From Octopus vulgaris (taxonomy: Eukaryota): a stretch of DNA of 64,000 bases. Positions 54,993 through 64,000 of the stretch are shown piece after piece. How positions within the stretch are numbered: position 1 is the stretch's first letter; every line of letters begins with the position of its first letter. Under the pieces are notes generated by a model, which was given only the letters and a program-made list of their open reading frames with translations, did not search any database and was not told the origin of the DNA. The position numbers and the translations under genes are program-made. The stretch covers positions 161,448,001 through 161,512,000 of the forward strand of contig OX597817.1 in NCBI GenBank assembly GCA_951406725.2, read 5' to 3'.

Positions 54993-56949
54993 CTGAAAGA
55001 GAAAGTACCACCAATATAGTTAGAGATTAATTTTAGCCATTACAATAATACTGTCATCATGTTAAAATGACACAATTTTAACACTGAAATTAAGACCTCA
55101 ATTAAAGAATCTTCTATAAGAATGTGCTGTGAAGGCAAAGGATGAAAGGAGAAGAGGCAAAAAAAAGAACAGACAAATAGATGTGTAGGGTTTAAGCAAT
55201 GTTATCAAATTAGTAACAGTCAACGAAAATCAATCCAACAAACTTAATAGGCTATGGCATGGTTGAACCATGACATAGCCAGCTACCAATGCATCTACTG
55301 GAGTCTACTATAAGCTCAGAAAGAGGTGTGAAGGAAAATAAAAGGGTTTTCATCTTCAGAAAGTAGTAATGCTAGTTTCTCAGTGTGAAGGACAAGACCT
55401 GCTTGGAGACATAAATCACAAAACCCCATTATAGCCACACAGTCAGACAAAATTCTAATACTGCATCCTTCATTCATATAGAATTTCTGAAATTGTAGCA
55501 TCAACCACACAAGCATCCCATTACCTCACATATATGACCAGGTTTTTTGAAATGCAACAAAACTATTTCAATCAGGGTTTATAAATTCTGAAAGAGATTT
55601 TTGAGAAAAATAACATGCAACAGTTTTGTAATATTACTGATTAAATAGATTTGTTCTTATACGGAATATATTTTGACAATTCTAATATCAAAGATTTTTT
55701 TTTTTTTATATATATATCTAAATTATTATATAACCTGTATAAAATCAGTTATAAATATTTGTCCCCATAACAAAATTAAATATCAAGAAGGCTGCCAAAC
55801 AGTTATGCAGAATGGAGACTATACATGATAGCATAACCACTATCGTTGTCTCTAGTCTACTTTTCCATATTTGCATGGGTTGAACAAATCTGTTCTGCCA
55901 CTTGGCATAGTTCTTCGTTGTCTGATATACCAAACAACAACAAAAAAATGCCAAAATCTGTTGTATAATTCAAACTTTTTTCTTTCCTGGAATCCTTTTT
56001 TTTTTTATGGACTGTTTGCATTTTATCACACCAGTAGTAGAGGTTGTTAGCCAGATACTTACAGGACTTGATTTCATAGAAATAAAAACAAAAACCTGAT
56101 TTAAGAGATGCTGAACATTATTTTACAAGCTTCTGACAAAGAAAGATAACATATCAGAAAGATATATGGTGAGGCCAGGTCTCCACCAGATATATTGACA
56201 CAAAAGAAGAGGGAAATATGTGTGCTCGCTAAAAGTACGATTATATTGAACAGCTGCAAAACATGAGGCAACAAAATTGGTAAAAAGATAAACAGGGAGA
56301 CAGAGAAGTAAAAGGGAAGGAAAAGAATTTTGGTTTGGAGAGGGTGATAATATAAGTAATATAAGTATTTCCATCTTTCGTTTCCACTATCTATCTCTGC
56401 AGCATTATGACGCATATGAGAATCTTGAAGTGAAACTAACTGTACACAGTTTGTGACAATAAAAACTATTATATACCATTTAGAATAAATTCTTGGGCAC
56501 AAAAGCCTTTCAGTCATATTGCAAGCCAACAAGTAAGAGTAGCTATAAAGTCTAGACACATTTCCAGCAATATATGCATGCAAGCTAACAATATAGCATA
56601 TATATACCAGTTTGGGATTAAATTCTATACAAAGTAGGGAAGCGAGATGATAACTGTAAGCCTGCATTGTCTAGAAATGATGCAGCCAGGAAATCATCAC
56701 ATCTATACCATAACAAAAGATATTTCACTTTCTTTAAACTTCTAGAAACTTGGAGAAGCCTGTAACAGATGTGTGTACTACAGTGATTGCAGATCGAAAA
56801 GGAATGTTATTGAATATTTAAAAAAAATTAAAATGAAAAAGATAAAATAATACAACAGCAGAAAGAAAATTTGCTGATGACAGCAGACAAAACATGAAGC
56901 AAATTCATTTTCTATCCAGAAAGCGGATGGTAATGGCACATAAAACACC

Positions 56950-57760
56950 AACTACATGATTTGTGTAGACTGTTCAAACCAGATTGAAATATCACTGGTG
57001 GGTAGGCCAGGTAATAGCGGGTGGAGACACTTGATTTCATATATAGTCAATAAATGTATTGTATGTACTGAATTGTGGGAACCACCTGCAATTCTGAGCA
57101 ACAGAAACGAGAGTAGGATATTCATATGGAAAAATGTTGAGAGAAAGGCCATTTGAAAGTACCCAACAGTCAATTAAAATGACTTTGCAATAATGTATTC
57201 TGCAGAGTGGGACAGAAATATTAATTTTGTGTATATCTAACGTAGTTTTAAAAACTAATCATAAAAAAAAATTTAACTCAACTTTAATTTATTCACCTTT
57301 AAGGTGGATGATAAAAATGTCTAAATTTAATTAATTTTTTTCTCTCTTTAAATTTCCAAATATCTTGATTAAATTTCACTATTTCACATTATTTAACCTT
57401 TGTATGTTGCTTTATAAACACTGAAAATGCAATAATATGCACAATTTTTCTACACTACAATTTTGTTTTTCATCATAAGTGAATATTGACATTTTTATGT
57501 GGTGATATTAAAAAAAATTTTTTTAAATAAGTTTACATTTCAATGAATGTATTTTACCTGTAATTAGAGTACATTTAAGACAGAAATTCCAACATAGATT
57601 TATATGTATATAAAAAAATATTTTGTATTATAACACCACATAATATCAATAAACAAGAAACTTAATAGTTGTTTTATGAAACCAACCTACATCTATAATT
57701 ATTTTAGAATTAAATTGAAACAGACTGGGGTTTATTTTAGTGAAGAAAAGGTAAAGAAAG
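56950..57760 (+). mobile_element. Degenerate piggyBac 3' portion (Cys-rich C-terminal remnant plus subterminal region)
   Basis: GRP...RHL...KCIVC...RNESR resembles the piggyBac C-terminal Cys-rich domain. 57545-57730 is similar to 45720-45855 plus 46083-46140. Confidence 0.5.
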
Positions 57761-59008
57761 AAACTGAAATATAATCTGGCCTTTGTTAAGATCAATACAA
57801 AAAATAGACGATAGAGTAGATTGTAGATAGTTCAATTTGATATATATATATCAAATATATATTAGGGAGGGGGGAAAAAAGAAAATCAATATTTCTTCTT
57901 GCAAAAATTCCCTGGCACCTCTTTTAAGGCCTTTTTTTTTGGCAAGCAGGTCCAGCTACTGATTGCACACCAAGAGTATATTTATCAAAGTTTGGCCAAA
58001 CAGATAAGAAATAGGAGAAAAAGATGGAGTTGAAACACTGCAGTAAGAGCTATATTAAATATAATTGTTAACAAGTAGACGTGCAAGAGAGAGAAATATA
58101 TAAAAAAGAGTATTGTATTATTTAGAAGTATAAAAACACACTGGAATTCATCCACACAGAGACAAGTGACTTAACAAGATGACCAAACCAAACTCTATAA
58201 TACCTAAATAACATAAAACCTCGGAGCCAAAATGTTTGTTTACAGTGAATACTCCACTATGTATGCAAACATATACTTCAGTTCCAGTCGAAAAGCATAC
58301 TAAAAAGTAGAATTACCTGAGTTTGCAGTGGTTAGCCAAAGAAATGATATCCCTCATTGAAATATAGTCCATCAAATCATTGAGACAGGGCACTGATTTC
58401 AACATTTAAGTATAAAGCAACAGGTCTAATCTCAGCCTAAGCAAGTGTAACTGATAGTACACTGCTTAGAGTTGAGATGGTGACATTGGAAGTGTAACTT
58501 TGATTAAATGTTTAACAGTTCAAGTACAAAATTTAAATATTTTCTTTAATAAAATATAAAATTTGGCCAACAACAGAAAAAAAAAAAAAATTTAAAAAAA
58601 CACTATGTTCAAATTATGAGGCTGGGTGTTTGTTCATTTGGCAATCTAATTCGTAAGTGGAGTTAGCAGTTTTGTTTAAATATATCCAACGTACTAAATG
58701 AACAACATCCAGCAGATAATATCAACAGCAACAGATCATTTCCAAGTAGCTTAGAAAGAAAGCTACTAATAGCAATAATGATATCTCAAAGCTTCAGTAG
58801 AAGTGATCTATGGCTCTTCTTGCTTAAATTACAGTCAGTGAATTAAGTATAGTAAAAGCTAAGAGAAAATTGAGGGACAGCAAGTGGCCACTGCAAGACA
58901 GGTACCAAGAAAGTAAGAGCAGTGGAATGAATGAGGCAGCATTGTATATTGTCAACAAATGTCAGCAAACCTGGGAATTAGCCAATCCTTTGATGACCTG
59001 GTGCTTAC

Positions 59009-59082
59009 CATTGTAGCTGGTGTTCTAAGAACACTTCCTGCTTGCCGAATTACTCCGAGGCCCTGTCGTTTAGCAGGAGGAC
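59009..59082 (-). CDS. MTA1: MTA-family exon (GPPAKRQGLGVIRQAGSVLRTPATM)
   Basis: ttctcttttag acceptor and ATG|GTAAGC donor. 74 nt, phase 1 to 0, which exactly bridges the phases of the flanking exons. Confidence 0.8.
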
Positions 59083-60982
59083 CTAAAAGAGAAATTCTAA
59101 TTGCTAGTATGTACTGAATAAGATTTTCTTTTGTATGGGTACTTCCAATTCTTAAGTAGGAATTAGGTTTTTCCACAAGTTTTAAATGCTGCTCATATCT
59201 CTTATTCTTCTCTCTATGTATATATTTTGAACAACAAAGATTCAACTGAACAGAAAGTAAATCAATAACAACCTGTATTTCCAGTTATGACTAGGAACCA
59301 ATATGCTAATTTAGCATCAATCCAAACTACTCAAGATAATTGGGGCAGTTTAATGAACCGTGACAATATAACAGTTTCAATGCTAAATATACCAAACAAC
59401 AGAAAACAATGGAATGTGTTAAAATATATAAAAGAGAAGAGGAAAAACATATGCCTGACAAGTGATACTGGTCTGTGAATTTTCAAGATAATTTATATAT
59501 TTTTCTTGTTTAGATACAGATGATCAAATGCACTGATTAGAAATTCAAAGGGAAAAGACAAAAAATACTGCAAATGTAATATTAGGTAAAACTTACAATT
59601 TTTAAAGCGAATCTGAAGGCTTAAACAGATTAGTCAAATTCTTTTGTAATTTTAAAGGAAAATTTATAAGCATTTTAGCAGGAGCTATTTTATGTTCATA
59701 AATCAGTAAATGAAATGAAATTATTAAAAATAGCTTCAAATTAAGTTATTCTAAATTAGTTGGAGTATCAACCAATTGTAAGACTGCAAATCTAATTAAT
59801 GTTTAAATGAATAAGCAAGGTAAGCTTTGAAGAGGATTTCATTGTATTCACACACACATTTTAAAAAAAATTTTAGTATTTGTATGAAAGATTAAAGAAA
59901 AGGCAGATTTTAACAGGGCAACTATTTTACTATATTCATAATCAGAAATTTGGAATAAAATGAGGAATATATATATATGGAAATTTTTAAATCCACATTA
60001 GACTATCACAATAGATAAAGTCTATATCGCTTGTTTAAATTGCTCACAAAACAAATATACTATTTTAAGAAGTTGAAAGGAGCGTTAAAGTGTGGTAATT
60101 GAGAAGCAAATATGCAAAATGCGGTAGACGAAACACGAACATTAAATCATATGACCAAATGCAGGTCGCAATTCTTTAAATTTTAAGTCTAAAGTATTTT
60201 AGAAACGGTGTTCTACTTCATGATCTGTCACAGAACCCTTGAGCTATATGTGCAAGGAAAGAAGGAGGGAGAAGCAGACACTGCATCAGATGAAGAGAAA
60301 AACACAAACACAAAAAGCAACAATAAAAGCTGAATGAAAAATATTGCAGAGAAGAAATAATTTACTACCTATAGAGTAACATTTCTCCAACTCCTGAAGT
60401 GTTTATAAAGTTATACAAAGGCCTAATGTTATTTTTTGTCTTCTTTCATGACTACTGTTCTCACCCTAGTTGAAGTTTGCTAAGGGAACTTTGAAGTCAC
60501 TCAGAGTATAATGTGGAGGAGAGATTAATGACAGTGTGCAAACGTAAAAGGAACAAAAACAAACAAAAAAAATTGATAGTAAAAAATTATAAAAGGGTAC
60601 TGAATTTGAAAAGACCAAAAAAAAAAAGTTACTGTGACAATACATTCAGCCAAAGGATGCATGGTTTTACAAGTATGAATGAAAACAACAGTCTGAAATA
60701 CATAACATGTTGGAATAAAATACATGCAGTCTTCTAATGAGGCAGAGTCTACAGTATTCATAAAATGCTGTGAGGTACCAAGGTAAAATTAGTATTAGTG
60801 CAGTAGATATAAATGAAAGTTAGTAATAGTAGTGAAAACTAGCTGTAGAGATTATATTGTTTACAAACAAGCAACCAAAACAATTTCTAACAAGAAATGG
60901 AAATAACTTCATACACCTACTGACAATGTAAAAATAAGTTGATTAAAGAGTGAGGTTAAAAAAAAAGAAAAACACTACTCTT

Positions 60983-61409
60983 GTAAGATACAAACAAGAT
61001 GGTACTTTTTTCAATGCAGTAGTGTCATTAGAATAGTAGAAATAATAGGTGAATTACTCTTACAAGGTGGGAAAAGTTGTCAACAAACAGCCATGGGACT
61101 TGAACTCACATTTCCCAAGCCTCCAGCGGAGTGCTTTATGGCTAAGCTAAACTGCCTGCTGACAGTGATCCACCAATTTAGATACTGAATAACTTATTGA
61201 ACAACATGGCTGTTCAATAAGCTATTTAGTGTCTAAATCGGCAGATGAATATGTCTGCAGGCAATTTAGCTTAATGGTAAAGCACTCAGCTGGAGTCTTA
61301 GGGACTGTTTGTTGACAACTTTTTAAACCTGGTAAGGGTAATTCACCCATTATTTCTGCCGTTTTAACAGCATTGCTACATTTGAAAAAATATCTTGTTT
61401 GTATCGTAC
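60983..61409. mobile_element. Foldback (Mutator-like) element with 9-bp TSD and tRNA-like sequence in its arms
   Basis: ACTACTCTT flanks both ends (60974-82 and 61410-18). The whole element is an imperfect hairpin centred near 61205. Arms carry the A-box-like TAGCTTAATGGTAAAGC and B-box-like GAGTTCAAGTCC. Confidence 0.75.
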
Positions 61410-62416
61410 ACTACTCTTGAATTCCAGTTGTAAATACATTTGCACACACAACATAGGAACCAATGTATGGACTTTACAACTTACACATAGTGATACCACT
61501 ATTACCACTAGTAATGCTGTTGTTTGTTATTGTTGGCTACTATGAAGTAGCACTAATTTGTTGACAAGACCAGTTCACAACCTGAGTTAATCAACCACTA
61601 ACTACACTGCATAAAAACAAATGATTGCCATAGCCTTGTATTTCCATCCTCTACAAATCTTGGAATTCATAACCAATGCAACAAACCATTATCTTTTAGT
61701 AATAATTGAATTTGTAAACAGGCATGGTGTTTCATTCCATTGCTTAAATAGGAGAAATGTAAAATAAAAGAACATGCAAAGGGAATAGGTAATGTTTACA
61801 AATTAACAGATTTGGTTTTGTTAAACCTTTAGTTCATATACAAAGTATAGCAAATAACCAACAATACAAATGTTTGGAAACCAAAAACAATGATTGTACT
61901 CATGCAAAACAATGGTTCATATACAAGGATACATCATATACAAAGTGATAAAATGACACCATATTTTAAAAAAATACATGTGCTTTTTTTTTTTTTTTTT
62001 TTTTTTTTAGATGCCTACGATTTTAGTCTTGTATTATCTTTTTCTCACCATTTCTTAAGTCGTTTGTTTTAATTTAGGGATTTATATTTACAGTTTTGTT
62101 TTTACAAGAATGGGAAACTATGGTTTAAAATGTTTGGTGAGTTTTATTCACTATATTGTTTTAAAAATTCTAATTGCAAATTAACATCAGCAAGCATTTT
62201 TTAGCCCATTTAAATATGTGAAAAATTAAACTAGGGACAAAATTTTCACATATTTTTTGCAAATTAAAATGTTTGAAGTCAGAGTTTAAACAATTTTACT
62301 GGATCATTCCATAGCGATAAAAGGAAAAAAAAAAAGATGGACTACACTCTTGAATATTAATTAAAAATAGAAATATCTCTTATCTCTGTAGTGAGGTGAT
62401 CAAGTAGTTTACTCAC

Positions 62417-62509
62417 CATCCAAACCATTGCTTTGTTCATATCCTCTCTTCTTCATAATGGAAGGCTGACTTGTTGAGACTCGCGGGACTATAGGTTCCA
62501 TCTTCGGTT
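62417..62509 (-). CDS. MTA1: MTA-family (metastasis-associated, NuRD subunit) internal exon (EPKMEPIVPRVSTSQPSIMKKRGYEQSNGLD)
   Basis: Minus-strand ctgcttccag acceptor and G|GTGAGT donor. 93 nt, phase 1 to 1; in frame with the next exon. Confidence 0.8.
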
Positions 62510-64000
62510 CTGGAAGCAGAGAAGTATTAGAAAATGTAGTGAACTTTTTACACTTTATATTATACAGACAACAAAGATATTTGTTGAGGCTTAAAACTTT
62601 TATCAGAGCAAACACATTTACGAGTCTGGTGAGGCATAACAAGACGATACATGCGACAGGGCTACACATTTATTAAAGTCTCATATGAAGTTGATTACAT
62701 TTTATCAGGTTATCACACCACAAGGAAACAACTATGTACTTGCTTCAGAATGTCACAGGACAAAGCTGCTCAACTACATGCCTTTGTTCTGTTACAATTC
62801 AGAAGACAAGATTCTAAGCAAAATATTCACTAAGCCTTAAGACTTCATTGAAATATCAATGAAAGAGAGAGAGGAGGGAAAAGAGAAAAAGAGGAGATGA
62901 TAATAAGAGATTCAACTACAACACTCAAAATTTACCTTTATATTTGTAAGAATAAGAAAGCATCACTCTATAGACAGGTTTGACAAATATGAAACATCAA
63001 GTGCAGAGATACACACACAAATACACAACTATGGAAACGGGTACCTAATTCCAATATGCAATATTTAGTTTGCACTATTCAAGGCAGAAGGCAAACATTT
63101 TGCAATAAATAGTAATATATGCTCTACTGCAGTCACAGAAAAAGCTTGTTCCTTAGATACCTAATGACATCTAGAACAAAAATGCTTTTGGATAGCAATG
63201 TATCTCATTAAAGAAATATACTTTAATTAGTGAGCTTGATAAATTACAGTGACCATTAAACCAACTTCAAAAACAACAAAGAAAAAACAGGGTAAACAGT
63301 AACACTAGTGGCAGATGCTGACAATGTTTAATTAAAAACTGAGAAGTCAAATTAGATTGAGTTGATAGTGAAACCCTCTAAGTGATGAGACAAAAGTATG
63401 AAACTAAAGGGAAGGAGTGCACAAATAGGGATTTATAGCTAAATATAAATACTAGTTAATGGAAAATTAAAATATTCTGGTTAGCACACCCTAACATGGT
63501 CCTATGATAAAATAGTTACTAGTTGCTTTTTTTCTTTACATTTTTTTTTTTTGAAAATTCATCCATGTTTTTTTTTTTTTAATTGTGTTTCTTTAATTTT
63601 TTTAAATATCATTTTAAGCAAGCAACCACAGGATCTTTATTGGAAATCATTATTAATGCTTAAACTGGTGAAGTGCTAGACTTGACATGCCAGTGAAAAA
63701 GACATTCTAGTTTCTTTGGGGAGGGAAAACTGTGTCTACATCAGGAACAATTCAGCAAATTTTGGAGTCAACCAGACATGTGCGCAAAGTGAAACAAGAG
63801 CAAACTTGTATAGTTCCATTGGTGATGGACAATCCTCACAATAGACACAAAAAGTTTCTCACCTGGTAAGCGTGTCATAGGTGAAGAGACTGGTGGGAAA
63901 GATAACCTCTGTGGTTGCTTTCTTTGATCACCTTCTGGTCTGCAGAACATAGAAGGTTTTTCCATTTTTATATCTATTCCAAGACGAGAGACAATGGACT

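Noticed and set aside
58317-58400. Possible extra MTA exon ending at a CAG|GTAATT donor
   Set aside because: The candidate acceptor gives an in-frame stop, and the flanking exons already join in phase.

Overview
AT-rich, microsatellite- and SINE-dense animal genomic DNA. The repeat families suggest an octopus or other coleoid cephalopod (inference). The window holds the 3' ends of two convergent spliced genes. On +, four exons (10229-14301) encode the Pro-rich tail and C-terminal SH3 domain of an ASAP-family ArfGAP. On -, four exons (62509-52657) encode the C-terminus of an MTA-family NuRD subunit (WIDAPDDVYF...KRAARNPW...IVILD*). The rest is mostly mobile DNA: several tRNA-derived SINE families, CR1/RTE LINE fragments, a deleted piggyBac with TTAA MITE relatives, Helitron/Helentron-like elements, a mariner remnant and foldback elements. 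The most striking unannotated signal is a perfect 130-bp palindrome about 600 nt downstream of the ASAP stop. Each strand of it encodes a complete type I hammerhead-ribozyme fold. Other palindromes in the window carry degenerate hammerhead cores, consistent with Penelope-like retroelement termini. Almost all ORF-track ORFs are repeat artefacts. Repeat boundaries are approximate and were read by eye.
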